Below, one piece after another: positions 20,868 to 31,114 of a stretch of 64,000 nucleotides of DNA. How positions within the stretch are numbered: position 1 is the first letter of the stretch; every line of letters begins with the position of its first letter. Where the stretch lies: NCBI GenBank assembly GCA_963790475.1, contig CAWBOS010000012.1, forward strand, positions 960,001 through 1,024,000, given 5' to 3'. The stretch comes from an uncultured delta proteobacterium (GTDB lineage: Bacteria; Desulfobacterota; RBG-13-43-22). The notes beneath the pieces are model-generated. The model searched no databases. It was given only the letters and a program-made list of their open reading frames with translations, and was not told the origin of the DNA. The position numbers were made by a program, and so were the translations under genes.

Positions 20868-22022
20868 ATGGCCAAACGGACCCTGAGGACAAAACTGTGT
20901 GATTTGCTGAACATCGACTACCCGATCATCAGCGCCGGCATGGGGCCCAGTCTGGTGGGTGAAAAAACGGGCGCACCGAAAGAACTGGTGGTGGCGGTCT
21001 CTGAAGCCGGAGGGCTCGGCGTCCTGGGTGCGGCCGGATACACGGTGGAGGAACTGCGCCAGGAGGTTCGGGAGATCAAGAAAATGACCGATAAACCTTT
21101 CGGTGTGGACCTGCTGCTCCCCAGCCAGACGGTCAGCATGGGTGACCAGGAACTCCAGGGACCTTCTGAAGTTGCCTTAAGCGAGGTGATCAAAAACCTG
21201 CCCCAGGCCCACTATGAATGGATCATGAAGGTCAAAGAGGAAATGGGGCTCCCGGATATCGAGGCCAAAGTCCTGTCAGGATCTACCACCTCACGTCCCC
21301 ATGCCTCCATCAAGGTATGCATCGAAGAAGGTGTTCCCTTATTTTGCTCAGGCCTTGGAAATCCGGGTTTCATGGTTAAAGAAGCTCACGCGGCCGGAAT
21401 GAAGGTGCTGGGGATATCCGGGAATACCAAAAACGCCAGAAGGATTGCCCAGGGCGGGGCGGACCTGGTCGTGGCTCAAGGGCATGAGGGCGGCGGCCAC
21501 ACCGGGCGCATTGGCTCTATCGCTTTATGGCCTCAGGCGATTGACGCCTGTTCACCGACGCCGGTCCTGGCTGCCGGAGGCATCGGCGACGGCCGGGGAG
21601 TGGCTGCGGCCCTGGCTGTGGGCTGTGTCGGCGTCTGGGTGGGCACACGTTTCCTGGCCTCGGTTGAAGGAGGGGCCTTGCCCATACAGAAAGAAACCAT
21701 TCTCGAAGCTACGGATGAGGACACCAGGAGGTCCTATCTGTATACCGGTAAAACCTCCCGAACCATTTCTAACCGTTTTCATGATTTGTGGGAGAATTCA
21801 GGTTTGGAGCCTTTGCCCTTTCCTATCCAGGTCATTTTTGCCTCAGCCTTGGCCGAGATGTTCAACAAGGCGGAGATGAAGGAATATATGGGACCATTTT
21901 CCGGTCAGATCGCCGGGTTGATCACCGAGATTAAACCGGCGGCCCGGATAGTAGAAGAAATGGTAGAAGAAGCGGTTGATATCTTAACCAGGAGGCTGCC
22001 GGGATTTGTTATTGCAGAGTAG
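20868..22022 (+). CDS. Nitronate monooxygenase / FabK-like flavoprotein
   Basis: PIISAGMG, QGHEGGGHTG, AAGGIGDGRG, VGTRF. Confidence 0.88.
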   Translation: MAKRTLRTKLCDLLNIDYPIISAGMGPSLVGEKTGAPKELVVAVSEAGGLGVLGAAGYTVEELRQEVREIKKMTDKPFGVDLLLPSQTVSMGDQELQGPSEVALSEVIKNLPQAHYEWIMKVKEEMGLPDIEAKVLSGSTTSRPHASIKVCIEEGVPLFCSGLGNPGFMVKEAHAAGMKVLGISGNTKNARRIAQGGADLVVAQGHEGGGHTGRIGSIALWPQAIDACSPTPVLAAGGIGDGRGVAAALAVGCVGVWVGTRFLASVEGGALPIQKETILEATDEDTRRSYLYTGKTSRTISNRFHDLWENSGLEPLPFPIQVIFASALAEMFNKAEMKEYMGPFSGQIAGLITEIKPAARIVEEMVEEAVDILTRRLPGFVIAE

Positions 22023-22103
22023 AAAACAGGTTGTTAGGCTGAAGGCTGAAGACTGAAGGTTGAAGAAAATGAATTAAGTAAGGAATTAGGAGGTTCGTAC
22101 TAA

Positions 22104-22358
22104 ATGAGTGAACACGGGAAAAGAGTTGAAGTGAGGGCCCAGATGTCCGGGGTTTTCTATAGAAAATCCGGGCCGACGGAGCCTCCCTATGTCGAAGTGG
22201 GCGACCAGGTCAAGAAGAAACAGATCCTGGCCCTTTTGGAGACTATGAAGGTTTTTCAGAAGGTCAAATCCCCAGTCGAGGGGACAATCCTCGAGATTGT
22301 TGCTGAAAACGAGAAACCCCTGAAGGATGATGATCTGATGTTTGTGATCGAGGCATAA
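22104..22358 (+). CDS. accB: Stand-alone biotin carboxyl carrier protein
   Basis: GVFYR..P..PPYVEVGD and the ETMK biotinylation motif. Confidence 0.85.
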   Translation: MSEHGKRVEVRAQMSGVFYRKSGPTEPPYVEVGDQVKKKQILALLETMKVFQKVKSPVEGTILEIVAENEKPLKDDDLMFVIEA

Positions 22359-22528
22359 CGAAAATAAAGATTCATGCTACAAGGCCTGCGGGCAGGCAGG
22401 AGGTGTACGGTCTACGGTTTTACCTTAAACCTCCTGCCTGCCCGCAGGCCCTGAACCTTTGATTTTGAACCTATTTCCTTAACTGTGGCGCCCCACGGGG
22501 GCATTAGCTTAACAAGGAGAAAACGGAC

Positions 22529-24079
22529 ATGGGCGAGTGGATGGACAGCTACCTCAAAAGGCTTGTTAAAAACAGGGAAGAAAACCAAACCGGCGGAGGG
22601 AAAGAGCGCATCGAGGTCCAGCACGGCCTGGGCAAGCTCACGGCCCGTGAAAGGATCGAGCGGCTGGTGGATCCGGGTAGTTTTGAGGAATTCGGTTCAC
22701 TGGTCAGGGACCCTTACACCCGGTTTGCCAAGATTCCAAAGCCCAGCCCTTCTGACGGGGTGGTCATGGGCATGGCCAAAATAAAAAACCGGCCGGTCAT
22801 GATCTACTCCCTGGATTTTACGGTCATGTCCGGTTCGATCGGGGATCAGGGAGTCTGGAAGATCGCTGAACTGGTCCAGATGGCCGGACAGGAACAGACC
22901 CCCCTTATTGGTCTGATCGATTCGGCCGGTTCGAGGCTGACCTTCAAGGGCGGTTTCGCCGGGCTGTTTGGTTTGGGACGACTGCTCAGAAATTACTGTT
23001 TATATTCCGGGGTGATTCCTCAGATCACCCTGGTCCTGGGGCCCTGCACCGGGCCGATGGCCAAGGTAGCGGCTCTGTCCGACTTCCTGATCATGAACCG
23101 GAAGACGGGCTTTTTGTGGCTGGGAGGGGAGATCGAATCAGAAGATGCCGGCTCGGCAGAGTTTCACATGACCCGATCGGGCCAGTGCGACCTTATAGCC
23201 GACAGCGATGAAGAAGCCCTTGGTATGGTCGAACAGCTTTTGGATTTCATCCCTCAGAATTGCTGGGGCAAACCCGCCGCTGTCCAATCCACCGACGATC
23301 CGCAGAGGGTGGAGGAAGGGCTCCTGGAAGTGATGCCGAACAACCCCAAGTTTACCTACGATATGCACGAGGTCATCAACCTGATTACGGACCAGGGGGA
23401 ATTCTTTGAATTGAAAGATGGTTTCGCGCCCAACCTGATCATCGGTTTCGCCCGCTTCGACGGTATGGTCACCGGGATTGCCGCCAGTAATCCGGACGAA
23501 CTGAGTGGCATCATGGAACCCGATTCCTCCGATAAATATGACAAGTTCATGATGTTCCTGGACGCCTTTAACATCCCGCTTCTGACCATCTCCGACACCA
23601 CGGCCTACCCGCCCGGAGACAAATGGGAAAGGAAGGGCGTCATCCGGCACGGGGCTAAAAACCTGCACGGGTACAGCCATCTGACCAACCCCAAGGTCAC
23701 CCTGGTTTTGAGGCGGTCTTACGGCGGGTCGAATATCACCATGGGCTGCAGCAAAATGGGACCGGATTTCATCTTCGGCTGGCCGACCGTGGAGTTCGCC
23801 CCCACCGGACCTGAGTCCATCGTCCAGGCCGTCTTTCACAAAGAGCTGGCCAAGGCCAAGGAAGAGGGGAATTACGAGGAGGTTTACAACTCGTTGCTTA
23901 TACCGCTCAAAGAACAATTCAGCGTCATAAATATGGCCCGGGCCTTTACGACCTACTATACGGTCCATGAAGTGATTGATCCCAGGGAAACCCGTATCCA
24001 TATCATCAGGGCGCTTCATGCCTCGGAGGGAAAGATTGAGGAACTGCCGGACAAGAAACGATATATCAAGCCTGCTTAG
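22529..24079 (+). CDS. Acyl-CoA carboxylase carboxyltransferase subunit 1
   Basis: GKLTARERI, DFTVMSGS, YSGVIPQI, RRSYGG, VIDPRETR. Confidence 0.92.
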   Translation: MGEWMDSYLKRLVKNREENQTGGGKERIEVQHGLGKLTARERIERLVDPGSFEEFGSLVRDPYTRFAKIPKPSPSDGVVMGMAKIKNRPVMIYSLDFTVMSGSIGDQGVWKIAELVQMAGQEQTPLIGLIDSAGSRLTFKGGFAGLFGLGRLLRNYCLYSGVIPQITLVLGPCTGPMAKVAALSDFLIMNRKTGFLWLGGEIESEDAGSAEFHMTRSGQCDLIADSDEEALGMVEQLLDFIPQNCWGKPAAVQSTDDPQRVEEGLLEVMPNNPKFTYDMHEVINLITDQGEFFELKDGFAPNLIIGFARFDGMVTGIAASNPDELSGIMEPDSSDKYDKFMMFLDAFNIPLLTISDTTAYPPGDKWERKGVIRHGAKNLHGYSHLTNPKVTLVLRRSYGGSNITMGCSKMGPDFIFGWPTVEFAPTGPESIVQAVFHKELAKAKEEGNYEEVYNSLLIPLKEQFSVINMARAFTTYYTVHEVIDPRETRIHIIRALHASEGKIEELPDKKRYIKPA

Positions 24080-24100
24080 CGCTGTCGAAGGGAGACTGAC

Positions 24101-25657
24101 ATGGGAAAACGTATGGAAGAGGCTATTAAACGCTATGAGGATATTCAACAGCAAAACCTTTTGGGCGGCGGCATCAAGGATATCGAACGGCAGCACGCCA
24201 GGGGCAAACTCACCGCCAGGGAACGCATCGATCTGTTTATCGACCCCGGTACCTTCAGCGAACTGGGGTCCAGCGTGGGCACGACGGGTATGCGCATGGA
24301 CGGCCGCATCCCCGTGGCCCCTTGTGACGGTGCCATAGTCGGAACGGCCAAAGTGCATGGCCGGCCGACCATGATCTATGCCTCCGATTTCACGGTGCTG
24401 GGAGGATCGACCGCGGCCCAGCACCTGATGAAATATGCTGAGACCCTGATCATGGCCGCCAATTGGGGCATCCCCCTGGTCAACCTGCTGGATTCTTCAG
24501 GCGGACGGCTCGGATATTCGGATGTCACCGGCGCCGGTATAGATTGGCATTTTCGACTCGAATCCCTGTATTCCGGTGTGATTCCCCAAATCACGGTCTT
24601 GATGGGACCTTGTATCGCCGGCGGGGCTTATTTGCCCACTCTGTGTGACTTCCTGCTCATGAGCCGGATCTCAGCCAATATGTGGCTCGGCGGCCCGAGA
24701 CAGACCGAGGCAGCCACATCGGAAAAATTCGACCGGAACGTGGGCGGCGCGGATTATCACATGCAGCTCAGCGGATCGGCCGACACGGTGGGGAAGGATG
24801 ACGCGGAAACTATCGCCCAGTGCCGAGAGCTGATCCGTTACCTGCCCCAGAACTTCAGGGAAAAGGCACCTGACTGGGAAAGAAAAGATGATCCGGGCAG
24901 GGAGGTCAAGGCCCTGGAAGAACTCATCCCTGACGATTTTGAGCAAACCTACGATATGCACGAGGTCATTAAGATACTGGTCGATGACAGAGATTTTTTC
25001 GAGATCAAGGACGAGTACGCTAAAAACCTGATCACCTGTTTCTGCAGGTTCCATGGGGAGGTGGTCGGGCTGGTAGCCAACAATCCGAGTCACCCCGGCA
25101 GCATTCTGGAAGTGAACGCTTGTGATAAATATTACCGTTTTCTGCAAGTTCTGGATGCTTACAACATCCCCCTGATCAACCTGGTGGACACTCCCCCTTT
25201 GGTGCCGGGAGAGTCGGAGGAGACCAGGGGTCTGCTGAGACATATCGGAAAAATCGTGGATGTTTATACCACCGCTACCGTGCCCAAAATAAGCGTCGTC
25301 CTGCGGGAAGCTTATGCCGACACGGGGAGTATGATTATGGGGGTCCCCAAGAGCATGGGTGCCGATCTGGTCTATGCCTGGCCTCTCACCCGGTTTGCCG
25401 TGGAAGCCTCTGAAATAGACTATCGCCGGGTTTACGGTAAAGGAATCGAGGAGGATGCCTATGAGGCTTATTTGAACCGTTCGCGGGAAAAGGTCGAGGC
25501 CTTCGAAGCCGGCCTGACCTGGACCGCCCAGGTGGTTGATGAGATCATTAGGCCCAAAGACACACGGAGGAAAATCATCGAGGCTTTGGAAGTCACCCGG
25601 AACAGACGCGAAAAACTTCCGCGGCGAGCCAAAATGCACACCTCGCCTCCGACGTAA
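24101..25657 (+). CDS. Acyl-CoA carboxylase carboxyltransferase subunit 2
   Basis: GKLTARERI, DFTVLGGS, GPCIAGGAY, IIRPKDTR. Confidence 0.92.
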   Translation: MGKRMEEAIKRYEDIQQQNLLGGGIKDIERQHARGKLTARERIDLFIDPGTFSELGSSVGTTGMRMDGRIPVAPCDGAIVGTAKVHGRPTMIYASDFTVLGGSTAAQHLMKYAETLIMAANWGIPLVNLLDSSGGRLGYSDVTGAGIDWHFRLESLYSGVIPQITVLMGPCIAGGAYLPTLCDFLLMSRISANMWLGGPRQTEAATSEKFDRNVGGADYHMQLSGSADTVGKDDAETIAQCRELIRYLPQNFREKAPDWERKDDPGREVKALEELIPDDFEQTYDMHEVIKILVDDRDFFEIKDEYAKNLITCFCRFHGEVVGLVANNPSHPGSILEVNACDKYYRFLQVLDAYNIPLINLVDTPPLVPGESEETRGLLRHIGKIVDVYTTATVPKISVVLREAYADTGSMIMGVPKSMGADLVYAWPLTRFAVEASEIDYRRVYGKGIEEDAYEAYLNRSREKVEAFEAGLTWTAQVVDEIIRPKDTRRKIIEALEVTRNRREKLPRRAKMHTSPPT

Positions 25658-25786
25658 GCAAACAGGCTATAGGCGATAGGCAATGGGCAATAGGTGACGA
25701 CTTCTATGTATTGGTTTTCCCTATCGCCTATAGCCCCTTGTCCATAGCCAAATTCTTATTTTCGAACTTATTTAGGGAGGATCATT

Positions 25787-26659
25787 ATGAGTGACAAAGC
25801 CATCATTTCCTGTGCCTTGACCGGTGTTCTGACCAATCCGGCCGTTTTCGACGTTCCGGTGACACCTGAGCAGATGGCCGACGCCGCCGAACAGGCCTGG
25901 AACGAGGGTGCGGTCATTGTCCACTGCCATTTCCGGGATCAGCGGGAGGGGATGGGGTTTCTGCCCACCTGGGACGTGGGGTGGGTCAGTGCCATTATTT
26001 CCGCCATCAAGGAGCGGATACCGGGCATGATTATCAACCAGAGTACGGGCGTCAACGGACCGGATATCTCCGGTCCGGTCGCCTGTCTCGAAGCCCTCAA
26101 ACCCGAAATGGCCGCCTGCAATGCCGGGACACTCAACTACCTCAAACTCAAGAGCGAAGGGACCTGGGCCTGGCCGCCCATGATTTTCGACAACCCGGTG
26201 GAAAAGGTTCAGCGGTTTCTCGAGGTCATGAATGCTAACACCATCATCCCCGAGTTCGAGTGTTTTGATACCGGTATCGTCAGGAGCGTGGCCATGTACA
26301 AAAAGGCCGGCCTGTTCGAGGGAGACCCGCACATTTCGCTGGTTATGGGCGTGGCCAGCGGCCAGGCCGCCAGGCCTGAGTGGTTGCCCCTGCTCAAGGA
26401 CGAGATGCTCCCCGGAACACACTGGCAGGTGATCGCCATAGGCCGGGAAGAGGTTTGGCCCCTGCATCGTCGGGCCCTGGAACTGGGAGGAAATGTTCGA
26501 ACCGGTCTGGAAGACACTTTTTATCTGCCCGATGGACGGAAGGCCAGGAACAACGGAGACCTAGTCAAAGCCCTGGCCGACATGGTGCGGGAGGTGGGCC
26601 GGGATATCGCCGGGGCCGAGGAGGCTCGTCGAATCCTGGGTATCAAGAACAGGACCTGA
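25787..26659 (+). CDS. Beta-keto acid cleavage enzyme (BKACE/Kce, DUF849)
   Basis: ISCALTG, PVTPEQ, HCH metal motif, PEFECFD, VRTGLED. Confidence 0.92.
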   Translation: MSDKAIISCALTGVLTNPAVFDVPVTPEQMADAAEQAWNEGAVIVHCHFRDQREGMGFLPTWDVGWVSAIISAIKERIPGMIINQSTGVNGPDISGPVACLEALKPEMAACNAGTLNYLKLKSEGTWAWPPMIFDNPVEKVQRFLEVMNANTIIPEFECFDTGIVRSVAMYKKAGLFEGDPHISLVMGVASGQAARPEWLPLLKDEMLPGTHWQVIAIGREEVWPLHRRALELGGNVRTGLEDTFYLPDGRKARNNGDLVKALADMVREVGRDIAGAEEARRILGIKNRT

Positions 26660-26733
26660 TAGCTTGGAAAAGGGCAGGGTGAAGCACAGAGGCCTTCCTG
26701 ATTTTATGGCCAGTAAGGAGGGGGGGGATTCCG

Positions 26734-27525
26734 GTGAAAAAGATCTGTAAAGACCTGGAGGATGAATACGAGGCCCTGGATGCCATTGTATCGGGACTGG
26801 ATGAGGCAGGCTGGGAAACCAAAACTTCTTTTTTTGAATGGACGGTGAAAGACGAGATCGCCCATATTGCCTTCTTCGACGGCACGGCGAGATTGTCGAC
26901 CACCGATCCTGAGGCATTCAATGAACATGTCAAAGCCCTTTTCGGCGGCAAGGTCGAAGCTTTCGACCAGCTGAACACCTTGAAGAAAATGGCCTATCCC
27001 GATCTGCTCCAATACTGGCGCGAAGAAAGGACCGCCCTGGTCAACGCCCTGTCGCGCCTGGGTCAGAAGGACCGGCTGCCCTGGTACGGGCCGTCCATGT
27101 CCGCCGTATCCTTTGCCACCGCCCGCCTGATGGAAGCGTGGGCCCACGGTCAGGATGTGGCGGACGCCCTTGGTGTAAGCCGGCCGGCCACGGACCGACT
27201 CTATCACATCGCCCACCTCGGTAATATCACCTATAGCTGGAGCTTCACCAATCGTCAGATGGAGGCCCCCCGGGTCCCGGTCCGTGTCGAACTTACCAGC
27301 CCTTCCGGTGAGCTGTGGATCCGGGGACCCGAAGAAGCGCGGGACATTATCCGGGGCAGCGTGTTAGGTTTCTGTCTTGTGGTGACCCAACGCCGGCACT
27401 TCGCGGATACCGACTTGGTCATAACCGGGGATGCTGCGGAAAAATGGATGTCCGTGGCTCAATGCTTTGCCGGTCCTCCGGAGACGGGACCGGAACCCGG
27501 GAAATTTCCCAAAATGGGCGCCTGA
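26734..27525 (+). CDS. TIGR03084-type MDMPI/DinB-fold metal-binding protein
   Basis: WTVKDEIAHIAFFD, PWYGPSMS, ARLMEAWAHGQD, AQCFAGPP. Confidence 0.85.
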   Translation: MKKICKDLEDEYEALDAIVSGLDEAGWETKTSFFEWTVKDEIAHIAFFDGTARLSTTDPEAFNEHVKALFGGKVEAFDQLNTLKKMAYPDLLQYWREERTALVNALSRLGQKDRLPWYGPSMSAVSFATARLMEAWAHGQDVADALGVSRPATDRLYHIAHLGNITYSWSFTNRQMEAPRVPVRVELTSPSGELWIRGPEEARDIIRGSVLGFCLVVTQRRHFADTDLVITGDAAEKWMSVAQCFAGPPETGPEPGKFPKMGA

Positions 27526-27585
27526 ACCACATTATTTTAGCAGGAAGCACTATGGCGTAAATATTTTGCTCCTATGCCTTCAAAC

Positions 27586-27679
27586 GTCATTCCGGCAGGT
27601 TTTAAGCCGGAATCCAGTGACTTTGATTTCCTATTTCTTTGAAAAACCCGGATTCCCGATAAAGACATTCGGGAATGAC
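27586..27679. repeat. REP doublet variant
   Basis: gtcattccggc...gccggaatccag ... ggattcccga...tcgggaatgac. Confidence 0.7.
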
Positions 27680-27713
27680 GAAAAAAGTGTTGCTATAGTA
27701 ATAAGGAAATTTC

Positions 27714-29081
27714 ATGTTTAAAAAAATCCTAGTGGCCAACAGGGGAGAGATCGCCCTCAGGGTCATCCGCGCCTGCAAGGAGCTGGGCATTTCCTGCGTC
27801 GCCGTGTACTCGGAGGCCGACGCCTCGTCCCTCCATACCCGGTTGGCCGATGAGCGGGTATTGATCGGACCTCCCCAAAACGCCAAGAGCTATCTGAGCA
27901 TTGAAAACATTCTGGCTGCGGCCAGGGAAACGGGCGCGGACGCCATCCATCCCGGCTATGGCTACCTGGCCGAAAACGAGGAATTCGCTCTGGCCTGTGA
28001 AGCCCAGGGCCTTGTATTTATCGGGCCGACCCCCGAAAACCTGCGAATGGCCGGGGATAAGATCGCCGGGAAATTAATTATGCGCCAGGCAGGTGTGCCG
28101 GTCATTCCCGGCGGTGACGGCTTGGTGAAAAATATCGATGAAGCGCTTCGTATCAGCCTGGAAGTGGGATACCCGGTGGTGATCAAGGCGGCCGGGGGAG
28201 GTGGAGGACGGGGGATTCGCATTTGCGCCACGGAAGAGACTCTGGCCGAAGAATTCCCGGTGGCCGGGATGGAAGCAGGGGCCGCTTTTGGAAACAAGGG
28301 GCTATACATCGAAAAATTCATCGTCCAGCCCCGGCATATTGAGTTCCAGATCTTGGCCGATTCCTTCGGAAACATCTGTCATCTCGGTGAGCGCGAATGC
28401 AGCATTCAACGCCGCTTTCAGAAACTCATCGAGGAATCCCCTTCGCCCAGACTGACTTCGAAACTCCGGAAGGTTATGGGTGAAGCGGCCATAACCGCGG
28501 CCAGGGCCATCAACTATGTCAACGCCGGGACCGTGGAGTTCCTGGTGGACCATGAGGACCACTTTTATTTCATGGAAATCAACGCCCGTATTCAGGTCGA
28601 GCATCCGGTGACCGAACTGACCACCGGCATCGATCTGGTCAAGGAGCAAATAAGAATCGCTTCCGGTGAGCGGCTGGATTATTCCTTTGAGGATCTCAAC
28701 CTCAGGGGCTGGGCCATCGAGTGCCGGATCAATGCCGAGGACCCGGACCGGGGTTTCCTGCCTTCTCCGGGCACAGTCGAACGATACCAACCTCCTGGAG
28801 GATACGGGGTCCGTCTGGATACCCATCTTTACCAGGGCTATGAGCTGCCTATCTATTACGATTCGCTGATTGCCAAACTCGTTACCTTTGATGCCACCAG
28901 GAGCGGTGCGATTCAGGTGATGAAAAGGGCCCTGGAGGAGTTCAAGATCGAACCGCTTAAGACCACAATCCCCCTTTACCGTCGAATCATGGAGGACGCT
29001 GATTTCCAGCGAGGTGAATTCACCACCGATTATATCAAAAAGTTCGTTCCTGATAATGAGGATGATGAGGATGAGGACTAA
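27714..29081 (+). CDS. accC: Biotin carboxylase
   Basis: ANRGEIA, HPGYGYLAEN, ERECSIQRR, EINARIQVEH, YYDSLIAKL. Confidence 0.96.
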   Translation: MFKKILVANRGEIALRVIRACKELGISCVAVYSEADASSLHTRLADERVLIGPPQNAKSYLSIENILAAARETGADAIHPGYGYLAENEEFALACEAQGLVFIGPTPENLRMAGDKIAGKLIMRQAGVPVIPGGDGLVKNIDEALRISLEVGYPVVIKAAGGGGGRGIRICATEETLAEEFPVAGMEAGAAFGNKGLYIEKFIVQPRHIEFQILADSFGNICHLGERECSIQRRFQKLIEESPSPRLTSKLRKVMGEAAITAARAINYVNAGTVEFLVDHEDHFYFMEINARIQVEHPVTELTTGIDLVKEQIRIASGERLDYSFEDLNLRGWAIECRINAEDPDRGFLPSPGTVERYQPPGGYGVRLDTHLYQGYELPIYYDSLIAKLVTFDATRSGAIQVMKRALEEFKIEPLKTTIPLYRRIMEDADFQRGEFTTDYIKKFVPDNEDDEDED

Positions 29082-29249
29082 AAACCAAGTTCGGAGTCCT
29101 GAGTTCGGTGTTCGGAGTTAAGGGAAAAATGTTCAAGTCTTGTTATTTTGCTCCGAACTAATTACTCCGAACTCTAAGCTTGAGTCACAACTCTAAGCCC
29201 ATGAAACCTCGAAACCTTGAACCTACTTTTAAACTTATGGAGAAAAGTT

Positions 29250-30038
29250 ATGGCTGAGACTAAGGAAGTCTTATATGAAGTCAAGGACCGCATTGCCACT
29301 ATCACCCTCAACCGGCCCGATAAGCGTAATTCGATCAACGCCGGTATCACAGTCGGCGTGACCTTGGGTCTTGATCAAGCCGACCAGGACCCTGCTGTGT
29401 CGGCCGTCATCCTGAACGGAGCCGGCGGTCATTTCTGCTCCGGGGCCGATCTCGGCGGAGGCGGCTTTTCAGGCCAGCAATCCTTCCTGGAAGTGCACGA
29501 GGGCCGGGGGCAATTCACTCAATTGCTTCTGAAAATGAACCAGTGCCGAAAGCCCATTCTGGCCGCTGTCGAGGGCTATTGCCTGGCCGGTGGTATGGGC
29601 CTGTGCCTGTCGAGCGATATCGTTATCGCCAGCGAAGACGCCCAATTCGGCACTCCTGAAATCAAGCGCGGCCTGTGGCCCTACATGGTCACCGCGGTCT
29701 TGATTCGTAATCTGGGCCGAAAAAAAGCCTTAGAGCTGTGTATGACGGGGGATAGAATACCTGCGGCGGAGGCCGAACGTATCGGTATGATCAATTATGT
29801 CGTTCCTAAGGCCGAATTCAAGGACAGAGTAGGCCAAATGGCCAAAAAACTGGCCTCCTTCAGCCCCGCGGTTATGGGACTGGGCAAACGGTCTTTTTAC
29901 CAGATGGCCGACATGACCGTCGAAGATGCCTTGGAATATTTGAAATGCCAGCTCACCATCAATGCTCAAACCGAGGATATCATGGAAGGGGTGCGCGCTT
30001 TTCTGGAAAAACGGGATCCCCAGTGGAAGGGGAGGTAA
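29250..30038 (+). CDS. Crotonase family (methylglutaconyl-CoA hydratase-like, single Glu)
   Basis: FCSGADL, AGGMGL, TPEIKRG. Confidence 0.88.
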   Translation: MAETKEVLYEVKDRIATITLNRPDKRNSINAGITVGVTLGLDQADQDPAVSAVILNGAGGHFCSGADLGGGGFSGQQSFLEVHEGRGQFTQLLLKMNQCRKPILAAVEGYCLAGGMGLCLSSDIVIASEDAQFGTPEIKRGLWPYMVTAVLIRNLGRKKALELCMTGDRIPAAEAERIGMINYVVPKAEFKDRVGQMAKKLASFSPAVMGLGKRSFYQMADMTVEDALEYLKCQLTINAQTEDIMEGVRAFLEKRDPQWKGR

Positions 30039-30211
30039 AATTCAGCGTTCAGCGTTCGGCGTTCGGTGAAAACCCATTTTCAGTATTTCACTTTCATGCA
30101 ATTTCAGGGGACTACGAAGCATGAAAAATCCCCCCCTCCCTAACCCCCTCCGAGGGGTCTGCGGGGCGGCAGGGGCAGGGGTGGCTTTTTTCGTATTAAA
30201 GGAGGACTAAC

Positions 30212-30970
30212 ATGGAAAATGAAATAAAAGAATTTGAAACCATCATCTATGAGAAGAAGGGAAAGATAGCCAGTATTACCCTGAACCGGCCGGAGAAGCA
30301 TAACGCCCTCAGTTATCAGCTGCTTGATGACCTTGATGCCTCCCTGGATTATGCCGAAGCGGATGAAAGCACCAATGTTCTGATTTTGAAGGCCAACGGT
30401 AAAAGTTTCTGCTCCGGTTTTGATTTAAAGGGGAGTTATTATCTTACTCCCCCCGAAGGCGGATGGAAGTATAGAAGTTCCTATAATATCCTGAATAAAA
30501 AAATTTATGCCAAGTACACCAGAATCTTTAACTTTCCGAGGGTCACTATTGCCCAGGTCCATGCCCGCTGTACCGATGCCGGTTGCTACCTCCAACTCTC
30601 CTGCGATATTACCATCGCCGCTGAGGATGCCGTGTTCGGTCACCCGGCGCAACGCTGGGGCGGTTCCCAATCTACCCCTCTATGGCAGCTTTATCTCGGC
30701 GCTAAAAAGGCCCGCTATCTGTTGATGTCCGGCCGTCTGATCAACGGAAAACAAGCCGCCGACATGGGATTGGTCAGCCTGAGTGTCCCGGGTGATAAAC
30801 TCGAGGAAGAGGTTAACACCCTGGCGGCAGAGATCGCTGCCATTCCCCGTGACGGGGCCCTGCACAACAAAATCGCCATGAACACCGACCTTAAAATTTT
30901 GGGGGTGGATGCCCTTTTCGACTATTACGGTCAGATGAATCGCTACACCCGGTTCATAAATAAAGAGTGA
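30212..30970 (+). CDS. Crotonase-family protein lacking both canonical Glu
   Basis: LNRPEKHNAL, FCSGFDL; DAGCYL and HPAQR at the Glu positions. Confidence 0.85.
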   Translation: MENEIKEFETIIYEKKGKIASITLNRPEKHNALSYQLLDDLDASLDYAEADESTNVLILKANGKSFCSGFDLKGSYYLTPPEGGWKYRSSYNILNKKIYAKYTRIFNFPRVTIAQVHARCTDAGCYLQLSCDITIAAEDAVFGHPAQRWGGSQSTPLWQLYLGAKKARYLLMSGRLINGKQAADMGLVSLSVPGDKLEEEVNTLAAEIAAIPRDGALHNKIAMNTDLKILGVDALFDYYGQMNRYTRFINKE

Positions 30971-31114
30971 TCGGAAGATAGGGTTTGAAATTCCAGGATT
31001 CGAGGGTTCAAGGGTTTTCACGCCTTTCGACAATCCCATATTTTTATAGATCAGCAGGATCGAGGGGACCGGCTATTTTTGTACTAAGCCAGCTTGTTTG
31101 AAAAGGAGTTGAAA

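Noticed and set aside
23138-25639. Long minus-strand ORFs (428 aa, 322 aa) and many other antisense or overlapping ORFs in the track
   Set aside because: They are shadows of well-supported genes on the opposite strand and have no recognisable motifs
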